Below are positions 11,024 to 22,700 of a stretch of 64,000 nt of DNA, one piece after another. Made by a program: the position numbers and the translations under genes. Numbering within the stretch: the first letter of the stretch is position 1; each line of letters begins with the position of its first letter. Origin of the DNA: Spizellomyces punctatus DAOM BR117 (lineage: Eukaryota); the NCBI GenBank assembly GCA_000182565.2, contig KQ257457.1. The stretch is one strand, 5' to 3'. The notes beneath the pieces are model-generated. The model did no database searches, was not told the origin of the DNA, and saw nothing but the letters and a program-made list of their open reading frames with translations.

Positions 11024-12505
11024 ATGTCCGCGCTTGTGGATTTACAGGACATGCGCATCGAAAACCACCGTCAATGTGTCCCCCAAATCGTACAAGATTA
11101 CAACATCTTCGACAAAACCGGCAAAATGCTCCTAAAAGGAGATGGACTCGAATGCCTAAGGGTAAAGCGAGCCCATGGCAACTTGCATGCGTATATGGTG
11201 GTCACTTCAAAAAGAGTTGCTCCCCATCATTCACCTGTCAGGTGCATACTCACTTCAAAAGCGTCGACCCCACCGCCCCAACTTGTATGGATTGCAAACG
11301 AGGGTCTGCTGCTCTTTCAACTTCAAGTTGACTTTAAATTAGGACGGGGTGTAGAAACAACAATGTGTCCGACCGTAAGGCTAGGCGGTGTGATGAAAGC
11401 CCCACAAGCACAGACAGAAAATAGGATCGAGTTTTGTCGAAATCTCCGGGACCTCATTATTAACTTTCGAAGTTTAGGCATCTCCTATAAGGAGTTTCCG
11501 AATATTGCTGCCTCCGTCGAACACATCCCGGGTATCAAAGGGTTTTTACAGAAGCTAGGAGTCATTCCTTCTCCTCCTATTAGGAGCATAGAACCGTCTC
11601 AGGGTTCATCGTCTACTGCACCATCCTCCTCTACTGAGACTCAGGTTCATTCTCCTCCTCTTTCTTCATCGGTGGAACATCAATCATCTACTGCACCATC
11701 CTCCTCCACCGAGACTCGCCTTCGTTCTCCTCCTCTTTCTTCATTGGCGGAACATCAAGAAAGCTCCTATAAGGAGAAGCAGGATCCCAAGTCATCTTCC
11801 TCGTCCACGGCACCATCTGCCGATATGAAAGAAAGCTCCGTTAAGGAGACGCAGGTTCCTCCCCCTCTTTCTCCATCGCCGCATCAAGAATGCTCCTATA
11901 AGGAGAAGGCTGTCCAAACTTCCATGGGCATGTCATCTTCCACCTCCACAGAACCAACAACAGAAAATAAAGATGACCTCTTTACGCTTCCCAGGGCAAT
12001 GGCAAAGGAATACCTCCATCGCCGTTTTTTTCACAAGGGGTCAAGCTCACATATCGAAAACGTGGACCAACAAATACCTCAATTGCAGCCCTCCTTACAG
12101 GAGTATGGTCTGGGTACCACAATGCTAAAAAAGATGGGTTGGAAAGAGGGAGAAGGATTAACAGCAGAGAGTATCAAATATCCTCTCAATTCTTTCTCAC
12201 CTTGGCCCACTGGGATGACTTGGTATCACAGGCGGGAAGGCTTGAGATCTGATGATGACATGACTCCTGCCGTCGCCGAAAAGGCGGAAGACCCATTGGA
12301 CTTGAAAACGTTAGTCTTGATGATCGGCCATGTGGTCTCAAAGACATTTTTTGGTGGGAATGAGAACAGCGCCCTCGAGGCGAAGGAAATCTACCCGGCC
12401 ATCAGCGATGCCGTCTTTGGAGAGGTTATAAAATACTATAACCATAACACAAATCTGGATTTGACGGCAGAGGTCTCAGACAAAGAGGATGATGAGGAAG
12501 ATTAA
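11024..12505 (+). CDS. G-patch-domain protein with unknown N-terminal domain and Ser-rich internal repeats
   Basis: 499-codon ORF with first ATG at 11024 (MSALVDL). The G-patch-like segment is EYGLGTTMLKKMGWKEGEGL..IKYPL. SSTAPSSSTET..SPPLSS and ESSYKEK are repeated. Confidence 0.75.
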   Translation: MSALVDLQDMRIENHRQCVPQIVQDYNIFDKTGKMLLKGDGLECLRVKRAHGNLHAYMVVTSKRVAPHHSPVRCILTSKASTPPPQLVWIANEGLLLFQLQVDFKLGRGVETTMCPTVRLGGVMKAPQAQTENRIEFCRNLRDLIINFRSLGISYKEFPNIAASVEHIPGIKGFLQKLGVIPSPPIRSIEPSQGSSSTAPSSSTETQVHSPPLSSSVEHQSSTAPSSSTETRLRSPPLSSLAEHQESSYKEKQDPKSSSSSTAPSADMKESSVKETQVPPPLSPSPHQECSYKEKAVQTSMGMSSSTSTEPTTENKDDLFTLPRAMAKEYLHRRFFHKGSSSHIENVDQQIPQLQPSLQEYGLGTTMLKKMGWKEGEGLTAESIKYPLNSFSPWPTGMTWYHRREGLRSDDDMTPAVAEKAEDPLDLKTLVLMIGHVVSKTFFGGNENSALEAKEIYPAISDAVFGEVIKYYNHNTNLDLTAEVSDKEDDEED

Positions 12506-12735
12506 ACTAGATTCTCGTGCTGATGGACCTTGTCTCCTTTTAGGAGTTCCGCTACCCTTGCATTTTTTTTTTTTCTCCTTTAAGGAGTGCGTTCTATGAA
12601 AATTGTATAAATATGTATTTGCTGGGGTGAAGTACTGTAAAATATACCCCCTATAGGGAGTTATCCTCTATGACACCTATCCAAGGTTTTTGCATTCCAG
12701 TCCTGCAGTATTTATGCCACCACCATTCATGTTCC

Positions 12736-13309
12736 CAAGTCATGGCTACAGTGCTTGTGCATGACAAACATGCCATGTTATGACGTGGACTGCAGCAGCA
12801 GGGGATACTTGGGCCGGATCATCGCCCATTGGTTCCGCCGTGCTTATCCTCCCCTAGATGCATTACCAATACCAAGGGAGACCAGGATCATATGCCCGCT
12901 CTAACTAATACCAATGCAAGGATAACATCATCAGGGTTAGTCCATCCAAGAAAGAACAAGGAACAGCAAGATCAACGAGAGAGTCACTCCATGGCAAAGT
13001 AAAGTACCATACAGCCATCCCCTCAAATGTTTCTTTACAAAGACTTGCGTGTTTATGAGCGACATGCGAAAACGCACACCATGTCGGATTGCTATCACAT
13101 AAAAAAGTTACGTTTCTCATTGAAATAGGACGACACGAGGGCCATGGCCATAGCAACAAAAACAATGACCCGATCAAATTAGAGTCCATTCGAATGCATT
13201 TATCGACTTACGTGATCACCATCATCCCAGCTGCACATACAGTCCACTGAGCACAATATCTCTGACATATGGTTCCATTTTATAAAGCAGAGTACCACTG
13301 CCACAATGA
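12736..13309 (+). repeat. Direct repeat, right copy
   Basis: Paralogous to 6931-7535, same orientation. Confidence 0.95.
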
Positions 13310-13637
13310 AGCGATGTCCTATCATGTGGCAATATATATTCCACTGTTATCTTTGCACCTCATCAGAACCAACTGCCCCACCTGGATGATACGCGATGAA
13401 CACTGAGGTTACATTTGCAAGATCGCTATGAATCATTAAGCTGCAAGGTGAAGCGACCACTAAAACTTTGCATGAGGATTGCCCTTCAGCGCAAGGGTGA
13501 CAATGGGTCTCGACAAACACTGATACTCACCTCACAACGCGCTAGATCGCATCCATCTCTCCATACAAACCTCAAAACGGGGAAGATAGTGTCCCGCACT
13601 CATCGACGCAATGGACCATCCAATTTCACGCAATTCA

Positions 13638-14678
13638 CTATCGCAATTTCTGAGCCTCTCTCTTCATCCGCATTCCAATCTCTTCTCTCATCTTGACAGC
13701 CTCCCACAAAAATTCCAAAATAGGAACCTCAACCTCTCGCTCCCTCGCCAACTCTACACAGTACCCGACAAGAAAATCCACCTCAGTACGCCGTCCAGCA
13801 TAAACATCCCGCTCCATAGAGTTTCGATTCAAAGCCGTTCGATTCGCAATGTCCAGGACATGGGACGTTAGTTCAGTAGGTGATAGTCCGAGATCGGGGA
13901 AAAGTGTAGAGAGGTCCTTGCAGATGAGGTGGATGAGATTTTGGCCGTGTGGGGTCGTTAGGCTGCCGTTTGGGGTATTGAAGAGGGAAGTGAGGGGATT
14001 GAGGCAGGTGTTGACGACAAGCTAAAACAGTATGAGACGTGAAATTCGCAACAAAATACCAATGATATGAAAACGCACTTTGAGTAATAATTTTTGATAA
14101 AAGTCGGGGTACGAAAGCGTGGTAGACCATCCCGCTCTTGATACATGTTCCAAAAAGGTATTCACACGGTCTTGGCCAACTTGTCCTTGTTCGGGGTCGC
14201 CAATGCTGGTTTCGCCGTCTCCTGCGTGTATTGCGGTGAAGCGCTCGGTGAGGGTCACGCCATGTGTCGTGATGCCGAGGAGGATACGCGGGCCACCTGT
14301 CGAAGGGGAAGAGAGGGATCGTCGGAGACTGGTGTACACGCCTAAAACACCGTTCTGGAGGAGAAGGATCGTGCTGTTCGACGATAAACGAGGTGAGATG
14401 GGGTCCAATGCTGCCAGGGTATCATGCGCTTTGGTGCAAATGATTAGATTTTCAATTGGGGGACCATCGGGTGTGGGTTCTTCGGCGTCTAGGGTGCTGG
14501 TGCCAATAACAGTCCGGTCTGATGTTTGAATGGTGAGGGTGTTGTTTGCAGCGTGGAATTGGGTGAGTGTGGGTGCGCGAAGGAGGAGTGTGACGGGAGT
14601 GTGGAGGAAGGTGCGAATGTGGTGCGCGTGGAAAAGACCAATGGCTCCTGCGCCGAGAATGTAGAAGCGGGATGACAT
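13638..14678 (-). CDS. PAN5: 2-dehydropantoate 2-reductase (ketopantoate reductase, PanE/ApbA/Pan5 family)
   Basis: Rossmann motif ILGAGAIG, plus CTKA, LLLQNG, K|LVVNTCLNPLT, NSMERD and RTEVDFL. One intron at ~14023-14078. Confidence 0.9.
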
Positions 14679-15140
14679 TGGCTTCAAGTGACAATCTCAG
14701 AAAGATTCCATCTATTTCTATCTTTGACAAATGCTTTTGCTTTGAAGGAGATGCTGCAACCAAAAGATCGCTGGTTGAGCTCCGACCAAATAAGGCCTGC
14801 ACCAACTTCCAGTCACCGTGCCACTTCCCATCTAACCATAAATGGTAAGCAAGTCAATGGGGGCGGAAAGTGTCGCCTTCCAAAAATTTAGGGCTTTGTT
14901 GACACTTGCGGGCCAGTACTTTCCTGCAATCATCCATTTCCATCTTGTGTGTTTTTGTTGGGGTTTTCAGCTGAATACACACTCTTGTTTGAGATTTGTC
15001 CCGTAAGATTTCAATCTGCATGCTCATACCATCCTTAGGACAGCCACTAACCAAATAATCGCGTACAAAGACCTGCCACATCACACACACACACGCCAAC
15101 ACTCCGATTGGATCCCAGACTCGAGATACCCATTTATTAA

Positions 15141-15921
<781 letters not shown>

Positions 15922-16695
15922 ACGAGAGGTGTGCGTGTGCGTGTGGAGGAGGAGTATTACCGGTTTTTTTTCTTGATTGTTTAATATAGTGGGACAAGAG
16001 ATGAATGAGTGTTGATGGCTTTTTTTTGGGAAAAAGAGATGAAATCCCTTGTCGCTCTCGCTCTCTATAGTGTGTGTGCTTTTTTTTATTTTTTTTTAAA
16101 AAAAATACAAATATCTGGTGTGTGTGGGTTGAGACGGATTAGTAGCTTGTGCTATCGACCGCCTGTGGTGACCTCTCTCATGCAATGGATGCTCTTTTAC
16201 CATACGACACAACCTTTGAAGACGTCTGTTTCCTACAAGGACTAGCCATGACGCTAACGCTATCTTGATCACTCCTCTGTGTTTATCCATCCAATGCATC
16301 GCTCCTTTGTTTCTTTAAAAAACAACATGCCAGCAAAAGTAGCGCATAACAAACCCATCTATTTCGCAAAAATGTCCTGCAATCCATCCACCCCATCACC
16401 TCGTATCCCTAAAGCGAACGTTTTTAGCTAATAACAATAATGGACAAAAGACTACTTGGAGTACCCCCCCCCCCAATTCTCGCAAAGGCTTCCTCCTGAA
16501 CATAACATCCCTCTGTATACACATTGACTTTCATCGCAGTCCCCCAACATTATTGTAAAAGGATGAGCAAAAAATCCTTAAGATCCGTATGGCCACATGC
16601 GTTTGGACTCTTGTGAAAGCTTCAGAAGTCCTATCCAACCATCTACAGCCCCATCAACAAAAACTCACGCATCGTCTCATCCTACAAGTGTTCAA

Positions 16696-17915
16696 TCACC
16701 CATCAATTTCCTCCCATCGCACATGTTCACCCTCACCAACACTCCGCAACCCCTTAAACACCCTCTGAAACCCATCTCGAGAAGCTTCTCCCCCTTTATC
16801 AACATTATATGAAAAAAAGTACAAGCTCCCATCTGCGCAGAGGACGGATACGGATTGTCGTGTTTCGCGACGTTCGTGTGGTTCACGTTCGGGCATAAAA
16901 GCACATACACATCGTGTATCCAGTGCCAATCGGAATTGAGCAAACGACCATTGGGATGAAAAGTATTTTGGGAGGAATGGGGAGAGTGAGGAAAGGAGAG
17001 TGGATTTATGTGGTTCGTGTTGTTGTAATTGTTGTTGTTGTTGTTCGGAGGAAAGGGTGAGATGAAAAACATGTATCGTCCCTTTATCGCTCGCGACGCA
17101 GACACGGGTCCCAGCTTCATTAAACGCAACACAATAAATACGTGCTTGATCCGCTCCTCGACGAAGTTCATGTAACAGTCGTTTCGTACGTGTGCAAAAC
17201 ACTCTGATAAGTGTTCCTTTATCACTTGCAGAGGCCAACAAGGCGCCCGTGGGTGAGAGGGCCAGGTAGGCGAGGGCGGAGGTGTGAGCGGGAATAAGGT
17301 GTGTGGGAGGTGTGAGTGTTGACATGTGCAATGGGAGCTCGAGGAGTTGGATTTGGCCTTGGGCACGCCCTGGGAAGGCTAGTATGGCGGGGTGGGTTGG
17401 GGATGTAGAGAGTGCGAGGAGGCCCAAGGAGTTGTCGAGTGTATCGAATGCGGCTAGTCGTTCCGGTGTGGGTGAAAAGGTATAGACGAATATTTTACTT
17501 GGTGTGGCGATCACCAGTCTGTCAAAAAGAAAGCAAGGTAAACAAAAAAGACATGTTCCCTCCATATCCCCACCCCATCAAACCGAAAAACTCACCTATC
17601 CCTCCTCAACCTAACACCCACAACACTCTCCCCAACCCCAATTTCCATGACACATTTCCCCAATTTCGCATCCCAAATCCCAACTTTACTCTTCTTTTTC
17701 ACAACCGCCACATAATTCGTCGCATAAAGCATCTCAACTAAATGTACACCCCCAACAGTCGGTGCAGTCAAGAGTTTAGGTGGGGTGGTTGCGTAGATCC
17801 GGAACCCTGCATCCGTACCCAAACAGAAATGCGAGGCGGTTTGATTGAATGAGAGGTAGAGGAGGTGGGGGCATGTGGGTTCTGAAGGGGAGGGAGGGTG
17901 ATGGGTGAGATTCAT
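16696..17915 (-). CDS. HSV2: PROPPIN beta-propeller, WIPI3/WIPI4/Hsv2 type
   Basis: SFNQ..GTDAGFRIY, VEMLY.TNY, AH.S.L..L.LS..G.LLASASDKGTLIRVF, the phosphoinositide motif ELRRG, SDKGTIHVF and LPKYFSSQWSFA. One intron at ~17519-17595. Confidence 0.9.
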
Positions 17916-18536
17916 TGAGCACTTCAAGAAATGAGTGTGTGGTGATTGCTGGCGGGCCGTTGTGCTTTGGAAAGGCTGGTTGTTTGTCGTCAGCAGTTTG
18001 GTGCTGTGCCAATACCGTGGGGCACAGTCAGAAAGCGTCATTCAACAACGATTTCACTAATCGACGCAACAAGCTCTTTTTGGAAATGGACCAATGCCTT
18101 TTGCTTTTATGTGTTGGAATGGGAAGATTCATTTTGTCACTCCCAATGCCCAGAATCTTGGAGTTACGCGAGTTTACATTAGAGCAAGCTGATGCATTGG
18201 TAAAGGATGGGATGGGTATACCGCATGGTGCTTTGTGGTTTGGTCGAATACTATTGCAGAAATCAACCATGCAGGTAACATGATGGGTGTCCCCTCTTGG
18301 GAGGCTAGCTCTATGCATTCTCTCCCATAATGCCTAGGTGTAAGCGTCCGTCGGAAGGCCATGGCGTGCAATGGAAATATGGATGGGGGCATTGCTCTGC
18401 GAACCAGCCCAATTCAGAGCGTATTACATAATCTTTTCACGTGACCATCCCATCCAGTAAACAGATCGCGCCTCGTTGTTTTCTCCATTTCCATTTGCCA
18501 TTTTCAACATTTTCATTAGCTTCACCTTTCCCCACA

Positions 18537-19643
18537 ATGGCTATACCCCTCATCCGCGATTTCACGCTGTCCACCGACGAAAACTTACACATACTTCGCG
18601 ACGGAGTTGTGTATGACGCCTTTGCGTGCGTGCATACCCATCCATTGGTTGGCAAGCGAACAGTTCGAGCATGCTTTGTCAATATTGTAAGGAAGGAACC
18701 ATCGGCAGCACCGCCAACTTCAGATGAATTGGCTTTAATAGACAAGATTCTACTTGCTTCTGCCCCAGAGGTTCATATTCGGACAGGTGCCGTAGGAAGC
18801 ATCTTGGGCTGGCACAATCGGCATGAGATGGACAAACACGGTATCCATTAACAAAGTGGTAGGAACATAGCCACTTTTTCCTTGGAATGTATGCTTATGG
18901 GTTGTATGTAACGTCTATTTGATTCGAATAGCTTGTCAATAAGCTGAGAAGTGCAAAGCCTGAAGATGCAATTGGTTTAAGTGTTTTCCTGTCGGTCACA
19001 TATCTGCACGAACTTGCTCATTGGACAGGTGCACAGGTCCACGGAGTGGACTGGAGATTACATGATGGTTTCTTTTCATTTGCAAAAGGAGAACCGGAAG
19101 CGGGCTTTTACCTGGAATCTCAGGTATTTGGTGGGCGTATCGCCGCGTATGGGTCTTCCAAGTGGAAGGTATGTTACTTTGTAATGCCGCTTTGCGTCTA
19201 GTTCCAGTGAAGTTGATTCTCATTTCTCGTTAAGATTGCTGGGTTGGCTGTCGAGGGGAACAATCAAGAACGACGTTGGTTGGCCTTACCAGATACGGTT
19301 TTGCTGGAGCTTTTTTATGGTACCTATTACAGTTCCTTCTGGCTTGAAAGATTTCCAGTTGGAATGCGTGGGTTTGTGCAAGTGACATAAATGCTTTTTC
19401 TAATACTTGTCTTCACTTTTAGGGAGACAGCCTTTACCTTTGCATGTTTCGGGTTTGAAGCCCTACGTGCCAAATGGCCAGCACAAACTGCACAGATCTG
19501 TATCATACAGTGCAATGCATGACCCGAGACCCAGGCAGGAGGAGTCTGACTCGGAATCGAATGGAGATGAATCAGATAGTGGGGATGGCTCTGTTCACTT
19601 GTATGCAGTGGCTGGGCCAAACGCTTGGCAAGTTTTAGATTAA
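18537..19643 (+). CDS. Hypothetical multi-exon protein of unknown function
   Basis: Phase-compatible GT-AG exons can be joined: MAIPLIRD..ASAPE / PLFPWN / LVNKLRSAKPEDAI / GAQVHGVDWRLHDGFF..SSKWK / IAGLAVEG..FPVGM / RRQPLPLH..QVLD*. No family recognised. Confidence 0.6.
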
Positions 19644-19733
19644 GTTGGTAATATTGCAGGCCTATTATTTCACAGTACTCAAACTAGGTGCCTATTAATA
19701 TCTCACCACGCACCCAACACCTTTTATATCTCC

Positions 19734-22700
19734 CTAAAAGTTCTCCTTGTGGAATCTGAACAATGTTTTCTGATCACTGTCACCCAGTTTCGCTTTGGCG
19801 AGAGACTGGTTCTGCCTCTTGCAAGCAAATGAGAGTTCACGAGCAAGTGGGAGAGGACCACACATGAAAACTCCAATTTCTTCGCCTTGGTGTCCTTGAG
19901 CGACTTCTCGGAGGATACGAGTCCAGTTGGGTTTTCCAGAGTATTGGTTATAACTTTCAATCTTGACTTTTTTAAGATTCAATTCCTATTTAAGCACAAT
20001 ACACGAACTTGTTAATTCCTGTCATTTTGTTTATTTTTTTGCAGGTTACGACTTTTTGCTTACCCCAGTCGTGTACGTGTTGACAGAGACAACGTCCCTC
20101 AAATCCGCAGTATCAATAACAGCGTCAAGGAGATCCTTGAACGAGAGGAGTTCTTGGTCATCACGGCAGATCCAGTAAAAGTATACCTTGAGTTTTGTGT
20201 GATCCGTTTCTCCCTCGAGTCCTTGTCGCTGCTTGGCGCGGATGCTCATGGATTTGAGAATAGAGATGAATGGAGTGACACCGATACCAGCACCAACGAG
20301 AATGACGGTCGAATGGTCAAATACTTCTTCAGATGCAGCACCGTATGGTCCGTCAACCCTCAGTCTTGGTCTTCCTACTGCTTTGGGCTCATTGAAACCC
20401 GCTACTGCGGAAGGAAGTTCAATATCGCCGGCTTCAATGTTGCTCGTCTTTCTGATGGAGGGTTGAACATTTTGCACGCCGGTTTTACCAAGACCTAGAA
20501 GAACTCGGAGCTGGTAGCACCAGTCCATTTCTGGACGAGCACGGATGTGACAGCTAAAGAAAGGCTCTTCGGGTGCACTCGTGATCGTAAAAGGATGCCA
20601 TTCAAGTTCCGCAATATCCGGGCAGTTCAAGAACAAGTACTCTCCAGCCTTGTAAATAAACTTTCTCTTTCCTTGAAGTTTCATTTTGAGACTCAAAATG
20701 TCGGATCCGACAATCTTTGCGTCTACAATGACAACATCCACTTTGGCACGGGTTGTTTGAACTAGCTTCTCAAGACCCATGAGGGCGAGTGGCCAGATTG
20801 AGAATGCCCAGAAAATGGGACCGTGCAGCCAGAGAAGGGCAAAGCACGGCATCCAGAGTTTGTGAACCATGAGGAATGTGCGATAACCATCGAATCTGCA
20901 CAATTGGGGTGAAAAGTGTCATTGAGTACAAGGAGCAAACGGAACCAGCGACACAAGAACAAGGCGGAAGGCATTCCACAAACCTTCTTCCCATGAATGT
21001 AATCAACTTGCGCTTGAAAAGCGACGTTGCAGCCATCAAGATCATCATGAGAGCAATTAAATGTCCAGTGGCTCCAGCAAGATTTCCCCACGCCTGATGA
21101 CCAATATCAACACCAAACTTGTTTGCATTCCACGCAAAGTCCAGATAATGGAACGTAGCGTGCAGAATAGCTGCAACAGAAATGAACCCAAAGACAAGCT
21201 TGTGCATGTTGATATTGTCGTCGAGGGGTATGATATCCGCCAACGGGGTGCTTCGCAACCAGCACAAAATGTTGCGGAGAACGGGTAGGATAATGAACGA
21301 ACAGTTCAGGTTGAGGGTCTTCCCGAATCCTTTTGCGTAGGGGTAGTAAGGTGCCGGGTCGTTGCCCAACGCCATTGCATATCCATAGATCCAAACCCCA
21401 ATGTTGACGAGAACGTAGATGAAGACAATGGTGGCCCTTTGGCCCTCCCACAACCACCACTCAACAATCTTGGCTGTCAACCAAGATCGTTTGACCTCAT
21501 CTGTTTCAAGGGCAACGGCGGGTCGCTTCTGCGGAGGTTTGATCCCAAGCTTGGTGACGATACCGCCTACCTTGGAGCGAGGGTTGGCGTGCCCGTATCG
21601 GACGAGGAAAAGGCTTGCAAACCCGACGGCACCGGCAGCAGCGGTAGCAGCCACGGAAATACCGACAGCGGCACCAATCGTCTTGTAGTCTTGTGAAGCC
21701 ACCAACACTGCTTTCTCTGCATTCGAGATAAAAACATAATGTCAGATACTCCCGCGCTACATCAAGGCAAAAATAGTTGTGAACAGGCGAGGCACGATAC
21801 TTACGTTCACGGTTCGAAAAAGCGCTGTTTCTCGTACTGACGAGATTAAAGACACCCGTGTTGTCAATCCTCACCAGCCCAGCATTGATATACCCGCTCG
21901 CAGCATTAATTCTCGCACAGTTTTGAACGCTATTTGCATCATTGGTCTGAATACAATTGGTCTGATTCAAAAAGGCGAGGTAAGCAATCTTGCTTTGATC
22001 GTTGGTAAAGTGGGTAGGTGGGTCCACTCCGTCAGGTTTAAAGTTCATTGGGTAGTTGACGCCTTGGGAACCCATGACGACGAGATTGTTGCGGTCGGTA
22101 CCATCGCGGCCGTTACCAGAGTTGCCTCTCTGATTGGCATCTGACCCAGTCCACTAATGAGAGAGATACATTGACATGTGGTCTAGCAATCATCAACAAA
22201 CACACCGCAGCAAAAACATACCTGAATGTGAAGATAGTCACCCTTGTTGGCATTAATCGTGTTGGGCACAAAGTCATACTCGACACTGGGATACACTTCC
22301 ACAATGTTCCCACGACGTCCTCGGACATTAAGGTTAATGATGCGAGGTGCCCGGACAAAACTGCTCTTGAGTCCATTTGGAATCTTTCGAATAATAAACA
22401 CATGAGACCGGTCTTCAAATGTTCTTCCAAACTGGGCAGTGTTGACATTAAGGGTGAGCGGACCTGAGACGTTGAATCCCAGACCGACAAAGTCCGAGGT
22501 TGGGTTCCCTACACCAACAGTATGTGATCAATGGATATACTTTTACCAACAAGGGTTTTGTGAATGTTTACCTTTAACCTTTGAGTTTGCACCATTGAAA
22601 AGCGAATCCGTTGCCCACCCATCGTAATCATACGTTGAAATATTGTATCGCAGCCGCAGAACGCATTTTGTTCCGTCCGGGTGTCTGTCCTGTGGAATCG

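Larger units (their letters stand above)
6931..13309 (+). mobile_element. Putative direct-repeat-bounded two-gene cassette (REase-like plus G-patch), unclassified
   Basis: Two co-oriented non-housekeeping genes sit between ~600 bp direct repeats and carry a dense internal CTCCT-N3-AGGAG dyad. No RT, integrase, TG..CA termini or TSD was seen, so mobility is inferred. Confidence 0.5.

Noticed and set aside
6931..13309. LTR retrotransposon interpretation of the direct repeats
   Set aside because: No TG..CA termini, TSD, PBS/PPT, or gag/RT/integrase motifs were found.
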